This document shows, piece by piece, positions 1-10,788 of a stretch of DNA of 64,000 nt (position 1 is the first letter of the stretch; each line of letters begins with the position of its first letter). Location: the NCBI GenBank assembly GCA_965261135.1, contig OZ253443.1, positions 1,424,521 to 1,488,520 on the forward strand, read 5' to 3'. The position numbers were made by a program, and so were the translations under genes. This stretch comes from Acidimicrobiia bacterium. GTDB lineage: Bacteria > Actinomycetota > Acidimicrobiia > Spongiisociales > ZC4RG35. The notes under the pieces were generated by a model. The model ran no database searches and was not told the DNA's origin. It saw only the letters and a list, made by a program, of their open reading frames with translations.

Positions 1-608
1 AAGGTGGCTTCATCGACACCTTTCAGGTGATGGGCGGAAACCACCACCTGACTGACCCGCACCGGCCTCCGGCCTTCGTATTCCACCGTAACCTGGGTCT
101 TCCCATCCGGGCGCAGATAGTCGATGATGCCCTGGCTCCGTACCTCCGCCAGCCTACGGGCCAGTCCGTGGGCCAGGTGAATGGGAAGCGGCATCAGCGG
201 AGGGGTTTGATCGCAGGCAAACCCGAATATGATCCCCTGGTCCCCGGCGCCGATCTCATCCCCCTCGACCACCATTTCAGCAATTTCGCTGGACTGTTGC
301 TGAATGAGGTTGGTGATCTGCACACCATCGCAGGGAAACTCGGGATCTCCGGGACCGTAGCCGACATCGGCGATCGCCTGCCGAGTGCTTGCCTCCACCA
401 CGTCTTTGTCCAGGGGATGGGAGGTCTCTCCGGCCAGCACCACCTGGTTTCCGGTCACGAGCACCTCACAGGCCACCCGGGGTCGGGGATAGCCGGGGAA
501 AGTCTCCATCACCGCGTCGAGGATGCGGTCGGCGATCAAATCGGCCACCTTGTCCGGATGCCCTCCCGCCACCGACTCGGATGTAAAAGACCAGATTCTC
601 GAGCCCAA
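1..608 (-). CDS. metK: S-adenosylmethionine synthetase, N-terminal part (gene continues beyond the window start); start codon uncertain (TTG near 608 or ATG at 638)
   Basis: Minus-strand translation of ~560-600 reads ...[32 protein letters not shown]..., the MetK N-terminal signature. Its position after coaBC matches the actinobacterial gmk-rpoZ-coaBC-metK order. Confidence 0.85.
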   Translation of the reverse strand, partial: MGSRIWSFTSESVAGGHPDKVADLIADRILDAVMETFPGYPRPRVACEVLVTGNQVVLAGETSHPLDKDVVEASTRQAIADVGYGPGDPEFPCDGVQITNLIQQQSSEIAEMVVEGDEIGAGDQGIIFGFACDQTPPLMPLPIHLAHGLARRLAEVRSQGIIDYLRPDGKTQVTVEYEGRRPVRVSQVVVSAHHLKGVDEAT

Positions 609-621
609 GATCAACCCTCTG

Positions 622-1803
622 TCAGATCTCTTCCAGCATAAGGGCGATCTCGTCCCAGAGTCCCGCCGCCACCCGGCTTTTGGGCTGAAGCGGCCAGGCC
701 TCTGTGTCACCGTTCCTTCGAATCAGGGTGACCTGGTTGTTGTCGGATTCAAAGCCCGACCCGGGGACCGTGACATCGTTGGCCACCATCAGGTCGACGC
801 CCTTCGCCTGCGCTTTCTTGATCGCCCTCTCCACGCCGCCCGTCTCGGCGGCGAAACCGACCACCACCCGGGGACGCGGCTTACGTCTCAAAACCTCGCC
901 CAGCACATCACGGGTGGCCTCCAACTCCAGAGTGTTCAAACCGTCCCCCCGGGCCAGCTTGTGCCCGTGGGCCGTCCTGGGACGAAAGTCCGCCACGGCG
1001 GCGGTCATCACCGCCACATCCGCCTCGATCGAACCAACCGCCTCGGCCATGTCATGGGCAGAGACCACATCGACCCGCTTCACAGAGGACGGGGATTCGA
1101 GGCGCGAGCAGGTGACCAGGGTGGTCTCAGCTCCCCTCCGGGCCGCCTCGGCCGCCACCGCGTGGCCCATCTTGCCCGAGGAATGGTTGCTCAGAAAACG
1201 GACCGGGTCGATCGCTTCCCGGGTCCCCCCCGCCGTCACCAGCACCCGGATTTCCCTCAGGGGCGCCTCGAACAGGGCTTCGATGGACAAGAAGATCTCC
1301 TCTGGTTCGAGCATTCTCCCCACTCCTCGGTCGCCGCCCGCCAAGCGCCCACTCGCCGGACCCAGCACCGCCGCGCCATCGGAACGGAGCATGGCCACAT
1401 TGCGTCTGGTGGCCGGATGCTCCCACATGGCGGTGTGCATGGCCGGAACCACCGCGATCGGACAGGTGGCAGCCAAAACCGTCGCCGAGACGGGATCGGA
1501 GGCGTGACCGTGGGCCAACCGGGCCAGAGAAGCGGCGGTGGCTGGCGCCACCACCACCAAGTCGGCCCACTCGGCGGCTTCGGTGTGAGGGCTCACCGAG
1601 TCGGGGAATTCGAAAAGATCGGTTATCACAGAGCGGCCGGTGATGGCCGACAGAGTGTTGGCGCCCAGGAACTTGCGGGCGGAGGCGGTCATCACCGCCT
1701 GCACCTCGGCGCGATAGTCGATAAGAATCCGGGCCAGAGTGGCCACCTTGAAGGCTGCCACTCCCCCGGTCACCGCCAACAGGACATGGCGGCCCGCGAC
1801 CAC
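622..1803 (-). CDS. coaBC: Bifunctional phosphopantothenoylcysteine decarboxylase / phosphopantothenate-cysteine ligase
   Basis: 393-aa ORF with an N-terminal flavoprotein domain ([13 protein letters not shown]) and a C-terminal CoaB domain ([27 protein letters not shown]). Lies in the gmk-rpoZ-coaBC-metK context. Confidence 0.9.
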   Translation of the reverse strand: MVAGRHVLLAVTGGVAAFKVATLARILIDYRAEVQAVMTASARKFLGANTLSAITGRSVITDLFEFPDSVSPHTEAAEWADLVVVAPATAASLARLAHGHASDPVSATVLAATCPIAVVPAMHTAMWEHPATRRNVAMLRSDGAAVLGPASGRLAGGDRGVGRMLEPEEIFLSIEALFEAPLREIRVLVTAGGTREAIDPVRFLSNHSSGKMGHAVAAEAARRGAETTLVTCSRLESPSSVKRVDVVSAHDMAEAVGSIEADVAVMTAAVADFRPRTAHGHKLARGDGLNTLELEATRDVLGEVLRRKPRPRVVVGFAAETGGVERAIKKAQAKGVDLMVANDVTVPGSGFESDNNQVTLIRRNGDTEAWPLQPKSRVAAGLWDEIALMLEEI

Positions 1804-2060
1804 TAGAGCTCCGTGGTTTCGGGAGTTTCGCTCTCTTCGATCTGCTCGGCGGTGCCCAACACCACCTTGCCTTCCACAATCTCTTCCATGGCGATTGTCA
1901 ATGGCTTCCGGGCATAGGTGTGCACCTGGGGAGGGATGAATTTTCCGATGCCCTGTCCCAAATGGGCATAGTACCCCTGGATGTCGCGGGCGCGGCGAGC
2001 TGCCACCACCACTGTTGAGAACCGGTTTCCGATCCGATCGACTACTTCTTCGATTATCAT
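1803..2060 (-). CDS. rpoZ: DNA-directed RNA polymerase subunit omega
   Basis: 85-aa ORF containing VDRIGNRFSTVVVAARRARDI, lying between gmk and coaBC. Confidence 0.85.
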   Translation of the reverse strand: MIIEEVVDRIGNRFSTVVVAARRARDIQGYYAHLGQGIGKFIPPQVHTYARKPLTIAMEEIVEGKVVLGTAEQIEESETPETTEL

Positions 2061-2081
2061 GCTTAAGGCCGCCTCTCCAAG

Positions 2082-2660
2082 TTAGTCCGCCGGTGGGGGC
2101 TCATAGCGACTCTCGATTATACGGACTAACGCCTCCACAGTCTCACTCGTTTCGGTGCTGGTCACAATTTCATCATAAAGGTCATCCACCGCCGGGGGGT
2201 CCCGCTCCGCCAGGGCAAGGCGCCGGTCCAAGAACTCCTCGGAGGCCCCTCGGGAGCGCAGTCTCTTCTCTAGGTCACCCGGAGAAGGGGGTTGGAGCAG
2301 CACCACCACCGTCTGGGGGAAAATCTCTTTCACCGCCAATGCCCCCTGCCGCTCGATCTCCAGCACCGCCACCCCTCCCTGCTCCACGATCTTCTCGACC
2401 GCCCGCCGGGGAGTGCCGTAATAGTGCCCGTCGTATGTGACCCACTCCAAGAACCCGTCCCGGCGGATCATCTCTCTAAAAGTCCTCTCATCCACGAAGT
2501 GGTAATCCACCCCGTGGGTCTCGTTTTCCCGGTGCGACCGGGTGGTGAAAGAGAGAACCACCTCAACCTGGCCCTTGTCGGCCAGTTCGGCCAGCACAGT
2601 CGACTTGCCGACCCCCGAGGGGCCGGACACCACCAGAACCAGGCTCGAAAGCTTGGTCAA
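2082..2660 (-). CDS. gmk: Guanylate kinase
   Basis: P-loop VVSGPSGVGKSTV plus a guanylate kinase core (YHFVDERTFREMI, EIERQGA). Confidence 0.9.
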   Translation of the reverse strand: MTKLSSLVLVVSGPSGVGKSTVLAELADKGQVEVVLSFTTRSHRENETHGVDYHFVDERTFREMIRRDGFLEWVTYDGHYYGTPRRAVEKIVEQGGVAVLEIERQGALAVKEIFPQTVVVLLQPPSPGDLEKRLRSRGASEEFLDRRLALAERDPPAVDDLYDEIVTSTETSETVEALVRIIESRYEPPPAD

Positions 2661-2679
2661 AATCGCGCGGCGTCTGCTC

Positions 2680-3006
2680 TCAGGACAGTTCTTTGATCAA
2701 GGCTTCCCGCTGGCGGTGTCCCAAGCCCCGGAGACGCCGGTTTTCGAGAATGCCGACCCTCGCCATGAGCTGTTGGGTGCGCTGCTTGCCGATCCCCGGC
2801 AAAGCAGACAACACCGATGACACTTTCATGCCCCCCACCAGTGGATCGGCGGTACGGTCCAAAAGCTCGGCGATGGTTACCCGCCGGTCGCTCAGGTCAG
2901 CCTTGATCTCTGCCCGTCCCTTGCGAACGGCCGCGGCCTTGGCAAGGGCTTGTTTGCGCTGCTCTGAGGTTAGAGGTGGTGGGTTCATGATTCTCCTTGT
3001 AGCCAA
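2680..3006 (-). CDS. mihF: Actinobacterial integration host factor (mIHF/sIHF-like nucleoid-associated protein)
   Basis: 108-aa basic protein (LTSEQRKQALAKAAAVRKGRAEIKADL...LPGIGK), conserved immediately upstream of gmk in actinobacteria. An AT-rich promoter-like region follows at 3007-3096. Confidence 0.8.
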   Translation of the reverse strand: MATRRIMNPPPLTSEQRKQALAKAAAVRKGRAEIKADLSDRRVTIAELLDRTADPLVGGMKVSSVLSALPGIGKQRTQQLMARVGILENRRLRGLGHRQREALIKELS

Positions 3007-3096
3007 CGGATGGTCAATTCTATTGTTGGAAAGTTAACGCTCTGTAAATCGAACGCGTACCCTACCGACATCCAAGACAGGCCAGAAATCATGCCC

Positions 3097-3762
3097 TCAC
3101 AGTCCCCCTACGGTCATCAGGTGCTGGGGGGCAATTACCCAATGGGCGCCTCCGGTAAGGATGCCAGCTATTTCCGCCATGTGATCAGATGAGGATAGAC
3201 ACTCCGGTACTTCCGCGATTCTCGAAAAGCCCTCCGAGTTTGCAGAAACCTGGACAACGACCCCCAACTCCCGGGCCGGAAAAATGATTCCGTCAGCGCC
3301 GGACCGGGTGGCCAGCTTCGTCATCCGGGAGACCTGCTGTCCGGGAGTGTCCCTGATTCCCACCCCTCTCAACCCGTCTTCTCCGGCCCAACCCGTCACG
3401 GACGCCGACACCACCACCGCGGTTTCCGGGTATTCCCGGGCCGCGGCCGCCGCCGCTTCCACTGCCGCCCGGCCTCCCAATCCGGAGACGCTCACCCACC
3501 GCGCCCCGAGCTTTCCCATCCGCGCCACCGCCCTAGCCACCACCGGAGGCCGGTCCAGCACACCCAGATCAACCAGCACCGGTTTTCCCAAAACGCACAA
3601 CGCGCCCACCAGAATCGGACCGCAGTCCAGGACCAAATCCGTGCCGACCACCAACCCTCCCACCTTTCCACCCAGATCCTGGGCGGCCCTGATCGCTTCC
3701 TCGGCGTCGGCGCCCGCCAGACGAACTAGCACTTGGTCACCCCCCGAGCTCATACGCGCCAA
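3097..3762 (-). CDS. Orotidine-5'-phosphate decarboxylase-like (type 1 fold) protein with its catalytic motif degenerated (DxKxxD replaced by D-L-G-V-L-D)
   Basis: Co-linear similarity to type-1 PyrF (DAEEAIRA..., [14 protein letters not shown]..., [26 protein letters not shown]...GLGG). The conserved Asp/Lys/Lys/His positions are Ala/Val/Gly/Leu instead. The gene sits between carB and mihF, where pyrF sits in actinobacteria. Confidence 0.55.
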   Translation of the reverse strand: MARMSSGGDQVLVRLAGADAEEAIRAAQDLGGKVGGLVVGTDLVLDCGPILVGALCVLGKPVLVDLGVLDRPPVVARAVARMGKLGARWVSVSGLGGRAAVEAAAAAAREYPETAVVVSASVTGWAGEDGLRGVGIRDTPGQQVSRMTKLATRSGADGIIFPARELGVVVQVSANSEGFSRIAEVPECLSSSDHMAEIAGILTGGAHWVIAPQHLMTVGGL

Positions 3763-6700
3763 TCCTGAAGGCTGCGGGGGACACTGATGGCGTCGAGGTC
3801 CGAGCCGAGTATCTCCGAAACGGCGCTGGCCGCCGCCAAGGTGGTCATGTAGGGGATGCCCCGCTGGCGAGCCGCCCGATAGAGATCCCGCCCGTCAAAG
3901 CGGGATACATCGGTTCCATTGGTGTTGACCACCATGGTCACCTCCCCCGACTCGACCAGTTCCAAAGCGTCCCGCCGCCCCTCCTCTCCCGCCGGCAGTG
4001 ATTTGACATCCGGGCTCTTCCAGGCGGCGGCCGTTCTGTGGTCGGCTATCTGAGCCAGACCGTTCGCCGCCCATCCCTCGATCAGTTCCGCCCCCGAGGA
4101 GATGTCGGCCTCCGAGAGCAGCATCAGCACCGCTCCCTCCCGCACCAACCGGTCGCCCGCACCCAGGAGAGCCTTTCCGTAGGCCGTCTTCCAGTCGGCG
4201 CCCACTCCCATCACCTCCCCGGTGGCTCGCATCTCCGGGCCAAGCACCGGATGGGAGGAGGGGAAGCGGTCCCAGGGCAGCACTGCTTCCTTGACGCCCA
4301 CCATCTGGGACTCCGCCTCTTCCCGATAGAGGCCTTCGGAGCGCAACTCCGCCAGGGAGGCGCCCATCATCACCCGGGCCGCCAGCTTGGCCAGGGGAAG
4401 TCCCCGCACCTTGGAGATGAATGGGACGGTGCGCGAAGCGCGGGGATTGGCCTCCAGTAAATACACAGTCTCACCCTGTACTGCATATTGAATGTTTATC
4501 AGGCCCCTCACACCCAGGGCCGAGGCGAGAGCGGCGGTCATCTGCTGGATCGTCTCTCGGGCGGCGGGTCCCAGGGTGCGGGGAGGAGTAATGCAGGCCG
4601 AGTCCCCCGAGTGGACCCCGGCCTCCTCGACATGCTCCATTATCCCTCCCATCAGGAGTTCGTCCCCGTCGTAAACGGCGTCCACGTCGATCTCGATGGC
4701 CGATTCCAAAAAAGAGTCGATCAGAAGCGGCGCTCCGGCCAGATCGGCATCTTCGATGTTCCCGTACATCTCCTCCAGGTAGCCCTCCAACTGCTCGGAG
4801 TCCCCGATCACCTGCATCCGCCTTCCCCCCAGCACGAAAGAGGGCCGGGCCACCACCGGAAAACCCATCTCGGCCGCCACCCGGCGCGCCTCTGTGCGGG
4901 AACGGGCCAGGCCGTGGCGGGGCTGGAGAATCCCCAGGCGCTTGCAAAGCTCGGAGAACCGCTCCCGGTCCTCGGCCAGTTCGATAGAGGCCGGAGAGGT
5001 TCCCGAAATGGGCGTCCCGGCCTCGGCCAGCCTTCTCGCCAGGTTGAGCGGGGTCTGGCCACCGAACTGCACTATCACCCCCACCGGCTTCTCGGCAGCC
5101 ACCACATCGAGGACATCCTCCACCGTGAGAGGCTCGAAATAGAGGCGATGGGAAGTGTCGTAGTCGGTGGAGACCGTCTCGGGATTGCAGTTCACCATCA
5201 CCGTCTCATAGCCGGCCTCCCCCAGGGCGAACGCGGCCTGCACGCAGCAGTAGTCGAACTCGATCCCCTGTCCGATCCGGTTGGGGCCCGCCCCCAGCAC
5301 CACCACCCGGGGACGGGTGGCGGGCGGCACCTCGTCCTCGTCCTCGAAAGTCCCGTACATGTAGGGGGTCTGTGCGGCGAACTCGGCCGCACAGGTGTCC
5401 ACTGTCTTGTAGGTGCGGCGGATCCCCCGGGACAGGCGGGTGCGGCGAATCTCCGATTCGCTCTTTCCCCACAGAAAGGAGAGCTGGGCATCGGAGAACC
5501 CATAGCGTTTGGCGTCCTCCCACAAATCGTCCTGCGGACCCCGTACCGCCAACTCGTCCCGGAGCTCGACGATCTCGGCGATCTGGTGGGTGAACCAGGG
5601 ATCGTAAGCGGTGAGCCGGGAGACCTTGTCGGGCGACCACCCTCTCCGCAGTGCCTCGGCGGCGACCGTCACCCGATCCGGGGTGGGCGTCTCCAAAAGC
5701 TCCGATAGCTGTTCTCCGGTGAGTTTCTCCATCTGCCTGGCGCCGGGATCGGCGCCCAGTCCCAGCCGCCCCGTCTCGAGGCTCCGCAGCGCCTTCTGCA
5801 GCGCCTCGGGAAAGGTGCGTCCGATCGCCATCGCCTCTCCCACGCTCTGCATGGAGGAGCCCAGACGGCGGGGAGTGGCGGGAAACTTGGCGAAGTCGAA
5901 CCGGGGCGCCTTCACCACCACGTAATCGAGAGCCGGCTCGAAGGAAGCGGGGGTCAGCCCGGTGATATCGTTGGTGATCTCATCGAGGGTGTAGCCCACC
6001 GCCAGGAGCGCGGCGATCTTGGCGATGGGAAAACCGGTGGCCTTGGAAGCCAGGGCCGAGGAGCGGGACACGCGGGGATTCATCTCGATCACCAGCCGCC
6101 GCCCGGTGTCCGGTTCCACTGCGAACTGCACGTTGGATCCGCCCGTCGCCACCCCGATGGCCCGCAGCACCTTGATCCCGTCGTCGCGCATCTCCTGGTA
6201 CTCCCGGTCAGAGAGCGTCTGGATGGGCGCCACGGTTATCGAATCGCCGGTGTGCACTCCCATCGCGTCCAGGTTCTCTATCGAGCAGATCACCACCGCG
6301 TTGTCGGCGTGGTCCCTCATCACCTCCAGTTCGAACTCTTTCCAGCCCTCCACCGACTCCTCCACCAATATCTCCGACACCGGAGAGGCATCCAGCCCCC
6401 GGCGGGCCACCGCTTCGAGTTGTTCGGCGTCACGCGCCATTCCCGTCCCGCCTCCCCCCAGAATGTAAGAGGGCCTGATCATCAGCGGATATCCCAGGCG
6501 GGCGGCGATGCGGCGCACATCGGCCATCGACTTGGCGTACCCGGCCCGAGGGGTCTCCATCCCCGCCTCGGCCATCACCTCCCGGAACCTCCCCCGGTCC
6601 TCGGCCCGCTCGATGGCCTCCATGCCGGCCCCGATCAACTCCACACCGTATCGATCCAGTGTCCCCCTCCCCACCAGCTCGGCGGTGATGTTGAGCGCGG

Positions 6701-6980
6701 TCTGCCCGCCCAGGGTGGGAAGCAGGGTGTCGGGGCGCTCGAGGTCAATGATCCGCTCCACAACCTCGGCGGTTATGGGCTCCACATAGGTCTGGTCGGC
6801 GAACTCGGGATCGGTCATGATGGTGGCCGGGTTGGAGTTGACCAGCACCACCCGATAGCCCTCCCGGCGCAGGGCCTTGGCGGCCTGGGTGCCCGAGTAA
6901 TCGAACTCACAGGCCTGGCCGATCACGATTGGACCCGATCCCACCAGGAGAATGGAGCGGATGTCGCGGCGCGCGGGCAT
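3750..6980 (-). CDS. carB: Carbamoyl-phosphate synthase large subunit
   Basis: 1076 aa with duplicated ATP-grasp halves and an MGS-like C-terminus; N-terminus reads [27 protein letters not shown]. Confidence 0.95.
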   Translation of the reverse strand: MPARRDIRSILLVGSGPIVIGQACEFDYSGTQAAKALRREGYRVVLVNSNPATIMTDPEFADQTYVEPITAEVVERIIDLERPDTLLPTLGGQTALNITAELVGRGTLDRYGVELIGAGMEAIERAEDRGRFREVMAEAGMETPRAGYAKSMADVRRIAARLGYPLMIRPSYILGGGGTGMARDAEQLEAVARRGLDASPVSEILVEESVEGWKEFELEVMRDHADNAVVICSIENLDAMGVHTGDSITVAPIQTLSDREYQEMRDDGIKVLRAIGVATGGSNVQFAVEPDTGRRLVIEMNPRVSRSSALASKATGFPIAKIAALLAVGYTLDEITNDITGLTPASFEPALDYVVVKAPRFDFAKFPATPRRLGSSMQSVGEAMAIGRTFPEALQKALRSLETGRLGLGADPGARQMEKLTGEQLSELLETPTPDRVTVAAEALRRGWSPDKVSRLTAYDPWFTHQIAEIVELRDELAVRGPQDDLWEDAKRYGFSDAQLSFLWGKSESEIRRTRLSRGIRRTYKTVDTCAAEFAAQTPYMYGTFEDEDEVPPATRPRVVVLGAGPNRIGQGIEFDYCCVQAAFALGEAGYETVMVNCNPETVSTDYDTSHRLYFEPLTVEDVLDVVAAEKPVGVIVQFGGQTPLNLARRLAEAGTPISGTSPASIELAEDRERFSELCKRLGILQPRHGLARSRTEARRVAAEMGFPVVARPSFVLGGRRMQVIGDSEQLEGYLEEMYGNIEDADLAGAPLLIDSFLESAIEIDVDAVYDGDELLMGGIMEHVEEAGVHSGDSACITPPRTLGPAARETIQQMTAALASALGVRGLINIQYAVQGETVYLLEANPRASRTVPFISKVRGLPLAKLAARVMMGASLAELRSEGLYREEAESQMVGVKEAVLPWDRFPSSHPVLGPEMRATGEVMGVGADWKTAYGKALLGAGDRLVREGAVLMLLSEADISSGAELIEGWAANGLAQIADHRTAAAWKSPDVKSLPAGEEGRRDALELVESGEVTMVVNTNGTDVSRFDGRDLYRAARQRGIPYMTTLAAASAVSEILGSDLDAISVPRSLQDWRV

Positions 6981-6985
6981 CTCGG

Positions 6986-8623
6986 CTAGATCCCGCGGTC
7001 CATCAGGCGCAAGAAGTCATCGAAAAGCCCCACCGCGTCGCGAGGACCCGGAGCGGCCTCGGGATGGTATTGCACCGAGAATGCTGGGATGTCCCGGCAT
7101 TCCATCCCCTCCAGGGTTCCGTCGTTGAGGTTTTGGTGGGTGGGGACGATCGTCCCGAAGTCCGACTCGACCTCCGCGGGCAAAAGCTCCGGTGTGACCA
7201 GACCTTCCCGGGAGGGCGCCGAGTGAGCGGAGAGGGACCAAAGGTCGACCGAGAATCCGTGGTTTTGGGAAGTGATCTCCACTCTGCCGTCAGAAAGGCG
7301 GCGCACCGGATGGTTCCCTCCATGATGACCGAAGGGAAGCTTGTAGGTGCCGGCGCCCAAAGCCAGTCCCATGACCTGTTGTCCCAGACATATCCCGAAC
7401 ACCGGCGTCTTTCCCAATATCCCCCGCAGGGTGGCCTTCACGGCTTCGAGCGGTTCGGGGTCCCCGGGGCCGTTGGATAAAAACACTCCGTCAGGCCGGG
7501 CGGCCAGCACCTCCGAGGCCGAGACGCCCAGCGGCATCACCTCCACCTCCAGCCCCCGCCGGGTGAGGTGCTCCAAAATATCCCGCTTGATCCCGAGGTC
7601 AATGGCAACCACCTTCCCCCGGGTCGCCCCGGTGGGCGAGACCGTGTAGGAATCGGTGGTGGACACCCCCGAGGCGAGGTCTTGTCCGACCATCAAAGGT
7701 GCGTCGGCGGCTATTCTCGCCAACTCCGCCGCCGACACTCCCCCTCCCATGGCGGCGGGCATCGCCCCCTGCTCGCGGATGTGGCGGGTCAACCGGCGGG
7801 TGTCGATCCCGGCCACCGCCACCAGTCCGTTCTCCGAAAAGAAGTCCGACAGGTCGCCCTCGGCCCTCCAACTGGAATAGCGCCGGGAAAAGGCTTTCAT
7901 GACCACCCCGGCCGCGGCCGGCCGGCCGGCCTGTGCGTCGAGAGCGGTCACCCCGTAGTTGCCGATGTGGGGGGCGGTCATCAACACGATCTGTCCGGCA
8001 TAGGAGGGATCGGTGAACACTTCCTGGTATCCACTCATGGCGGTGTTGAACACCACCTCCCCCACCGTGGTCCCCGAAGCTCCCACCGACCATCCCCCGA
8101 AAACCTCCCCATCAGCGGTCACCAGAAGACCCGGCTTGGCCCGGCGACGGCGCGCCCCGAAAGGCTCCTGCCCGGCTGGGCCGGGCCGGGCCGCCTCATC
8201 GGGCCGTATCCAAGCGGCCAGGGTGCCCAGCACCCCGTTCACGAATCGGCTGCTCCGCTCGGTGGAGAACTCCCCGGCGATCCGCACGGCCTCGGAGATG
8301 ATCACCGCCACCGGAGTACGGCTGTGATGACGGAGCTCGTAAACCGCCATCTGCAAGACCGCCAGGTCAACGAGGGGCATCCGGGTGACCTTCCAGCCCT
8401 GGGCGGCTCGCTCGATCACCGCGTCGATGTTCTCTGAGTCCGCGAGCACTCCCCGCACTATCAGTTCGGCCTTGGGAAGCTTGTCCGCCAGGAGGTCGTC
8501 GGGCCCCGACGTTAACCCCTCGGACACATCTATCTCATAGAGAACCCGAAGCGCCTGATGACGCGGGTCGTCGGAGCCATTGAAGAGCTCGAGAGTCGCC
8601 TCCGGCCCGGGTTGGCTATTCAC
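6986..8623 (-). CDS. NusB (N-terminal ~140 aa) fused in frame to the carbamoyl-phosphate synthase small subunit CarA (C-terminal ~380 aa)
   Basis: One 545-aa ORF with no internal stop. Residues 20-138 match NusB ([46 protein letters not shown]). Residues from ~163 match CarA ([43 protein letters not shown]). efp overlaps the start by 4 bp. Confidence 0.8.
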   Translation of the reverse strand: MNSQPGPEATLELFNGSDDPRHQALRVLYEIDVSEGLTSGPDDLLADKLPKAELIVRGVLADSENIDAVIERAAQGWKVTRMPLVDLAVLQMAVYELRHHSRTPVAVIISEAVRIAGEFSTERSSRFVNGVLGTLAAWIRPDEAARPGPAGQEPFGARRRRAKPGLLVTADGEVFGGWSVGASGTTVGEVVFNTAMSGYQEVFTDPSYAGQIVLMTAPHIGNYGVTALDAQAGRPAAAGVVMKAFSRRYSSWRAEGDLSDFFSENGLVAVAGIDTRRLTRHIREQGAMPAAMGGGVSAAELARIAADAPLMVGQDLASGVSTTDSYTVSPTGATRGKVVAIDLGIKRDILEHLTRRGLEVEVMPLGVSASEVLAARPDGVFLSNGPGDPEPLEAVKATLRGILGKTPVFGICLGQQVMGLALGAGTYKLPFGHHGGNHPVRRLSDGRVEITSQNHGFSVDLWSLSAHSAPSREGLVTPELLPAEVESDFGTIVPTHQNLNDGTLEGMECRDIPAFSVQYHPEAAPGPRDAVGLFDDFLRLMDRGI

Positions 8624-9177
8624 ACCCTGGTGAGATACGCGCCGGTGCGGGTGTCCACCCTGATGTGGTCACCCTGGGACACGAAAAGCGGCGTTTTGAT
8701 ACTGATTCCGGTCTGGACGATTACCTCCTTGGTCGCCCCCGACACCCGGTCTCCCTTCACCGCCGGTTCGGCGAAGGTGACCTCCATCTCCACGGAGGTA
8801 GGAAGCTCCAGACCGATGGGACGCTCCTTGTGAAAGGCAATGGTCATGGTCATGCCTTCCACCAGATATCCCGCGTCGTCCCCTATTTCGGAGGCGCTGA
8901 GGGCAAACTGGGAGTAGTCCTCCAGGTTCATAAAGTGAAAGCCCAGGTCATCCCGGTAGAGATACTGATGATCCTGTCGGGAGATGATCGCCCGGGGCAC
9001 ATCTTCGTCCGCCCGGAAGGTGCGGTCCAGCACCTGGCCGGTCTCGGCGTTTTTGATCTTCATCCGCACGAACGCCTTCCCCTTGCCCGGCTTGACGTGC
9101 TGATACCTGACGATGGAAAACACCCCGTCGGGGAGTTCCAGCGCCATGCCGGGACGGACATCGTTGGTGGAGATCAT
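8620..9177 (-). CDS. efp: Elongation factor P
   Basis: 185 aa reading MISTNDVRPGMALELPDGVFSIVRYQHVKPGKGKAFVRMKIKN; typical EF-P length. Confidence 0.9.
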   Translation of the reverse strand: MISTNDVRPGMALELPDGVFSIVRYQHVKPGKGKAFVRMKIKNAETGQVLDRTFRADEDVPRAIISRQDHQYLYRDDLGFHFMNLEDYSQFALSASEIGDDAGYLVEGMTMTIAFHKERPIGLELPTSVEMEVTFAEPAVKGDRVSGATKEVIVQTGISIKTPLFVSQGDHIRVDTRTGAYLTRV

Positions 9178-9226
9178 CAGCTTTCAACGCGGGTCGGGAT
9201 ACCGCAGACCGAAGTGTAGATGACCC

Positions 9227-10294
9227 TCACAATCCGACCGCCATCAAGCCCGTCTCCAACTCATCGAGGGAGACATCGACCACCACCGGTCTCCCGAAGT
9301 CTTCCAGCAGCACCATTCTCGGCAAAGGCCCACCCTGGCGCTTTTTGTCCTTGCCGAGCAGTTCCATTATCGCCGGACGCGCCGCCGCCGGGGATCTGGT
9401 GGGCAGGCCCAGGGAGGCGATTATCTCCCGCTGGCGTTCCTCGTGGGCGAATCCGGCCTTCCGCGCCGAGATGGCGCCGGCCGCCACCATCCCCACCGCC
9501 ACCGCGTGACCATGCGGCATGCCGGTGGCCGTCTCCACCGCGTGGCCGACCGTGTGCCCGTAGTTGAGGATCGCCCGCCGGCCCGTCTCAAAGAAGTCGA
9601 CGGACGTCACCTGCGCCTTGACCCGCACCGCCCGGGACACCACCTCCGACAGCGGAGCGCCGAGACCGCGTTCCTCCAGGATTTCCACCAGTCCGGGATC
9701 TCCGATCAGACCGGCCTTCAGCGCCTCGGCCATTCCTTCGATGAGCAACGGGCGGGGAAGCGACATCAGGACATCGATGCTGATAACCACCCGTCGGGGA
9801 TGGCGAAAGGCGCCCACCTGGTTCTTACCCTCCCGGTTTACCCCGGTCTTCCCGCCGATGGCGGCGTCCACCGCTCCGAGAAGGGTGGTGGGAACATACA
9901 CCGCCTCCACCCCTCTCAGCCAGGTGGCGGCCACAAACCCGGCCAGATCGGTGGCCGCCCCGCCGCCTACTCCAACTATGGTGTCGTACCGGTCCATTCG
10001 GCGCCGGTCGAGTTCCCGGTAGATATCCTCCACCACCCCCAGGGTCTTGGCCTCCTCCCGATCGGGTATCTCCACGATGTGCACCGCCACCGGATCGTCC
10101 CCCGTCCCCGAAGCGTCCTCGCAGATGCGAGCGGCCGCCGCGGCGGCCACACGGGCGGCCGCTCCGGGCTGGGTGAGCACCACCGCCCGGGAGCGGGGAT
10201 ATTGGGGACGGGGAGGGAGGAGAGGCGCGGGCAGGTCGTCGGAGACGAGGATCTCGCACCGGTCCCCGATCAGGATGCTTTCCACAGCCTCCAT
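9227..10294 (-). CDS. aroB: 3-dehydroquinate synthase
   Basis: Motifs GVGGGAATDLAGFVAATWLRGV, IGGKTGVN and NYGHTVGHAVE. The start is taken as the internal Met (MEAVESILIG); the upstream part of the printed ORF overlaps aroK. Confidence 0.85.
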   Translation of the reverse strand: MEAVESILIGDRCEILVSDDLPAPLLPPRPQYPRSRAVVLTQPGAAARVAAAAAARICEDASGTGDDPVAVHIVEIPDREEAKTLGVVEDIYRELDRRRMDRYDTIVGVGGGAATDLAGFVAATWLRGVEAVYVPTTLLGAVDAAIGGKTGVNREGKNQVGAFRHPRRVVISIDVLMSLPRPLLIEGMAEALKAGLIGDPGLVEILEERGLGAPLSEVVSRAVRVKAQVTSVDFFETGRRAILNYGHTVGHAVETATGMPHGHAVAVGMVAAGAISARKAGFAHEERQREIIASLGLPTRSPAAARPAIMELLGKDKKRQGGPLPRMVLLEDFGRPVVVDVSLDELETGLMAVGL

Positions 10295-10788
10295 ACCTCC
10301 TCGGCTACCAGTTCGCGGGTCTTTCCGTCCATGTCCATCCGCAGGTGGGCGGCCTCTTCGTAGAGGTGTTTGCGGGACTCCCAGATCTCGGTGTAGCGGG
10401 CTCCCAAGTCGGCATGGCCCTGCAGGAGCGGACGGTTGTATGTCTTCCCCTTCGCGATCAGAGAGGACAGCGGGGGGTTGAGCCACACGACCAACCCGCT
10501 CTCCCGCATCAGGCAGCGGCTCTCCCCGTTGAGGATCACTCCCCCGCCGGTGGCGGCCACCAGCCGCTCATCGCTTCGGGAGATGCGGGCCACCTCCTCG
10601 GATTCCATGGCCCGGAAAGCGGGCTCTCCTCGCTCTGCGAAGATTCGGGGGATGGTCATCCCGGACCGCTCCACGATCTCGTCGTCCACATCCAGGAAGG
10701 GGAACCCGCTCCGATGCGACAACATCCGTCCCATCTTGGTTTTCCCGGAACTCATCATCCCGATCAGCCACAGCTTCGGGGTCAGAAC
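10270..10788 (-). CDS. aroK: Shikimate kinase
   Basis: P-loop LIGMMSSGKTKMG followed by FLDVDDEIVERSGM. A GTG start at VLTPKLW is inferred; the glycine-rich N-terminal extension in the ORF track is rejected. Confidence 0.8.
   Translation of the reverse strand, partial: VLTPKLWLIGMMSSGKTKMGRMLSHRSGFPFLDVDDEIVERSGMTIPRIFAERGEPAFRAMESEEVARISRSDERLVAATGGGVILNGESRCLMRESGLVVWLNPPLSSLIAKGKTYNRPLLQGHADLGARYTEIWESRKHLYEEAAHLRMDMDGKTRELVAEEVWRLWKAS

Noticed and set aside
523-1806. Long + strand ORFs (427 aa, 267 aa, 204 aa) overlapping coaBC and metK
   Set aside because: They are antisense to genes with clear family signatures, their products are compositionally biased (Arg/Gly/Pro-rich), and long antisense ORFs are expected by chance in high-GC DNA.
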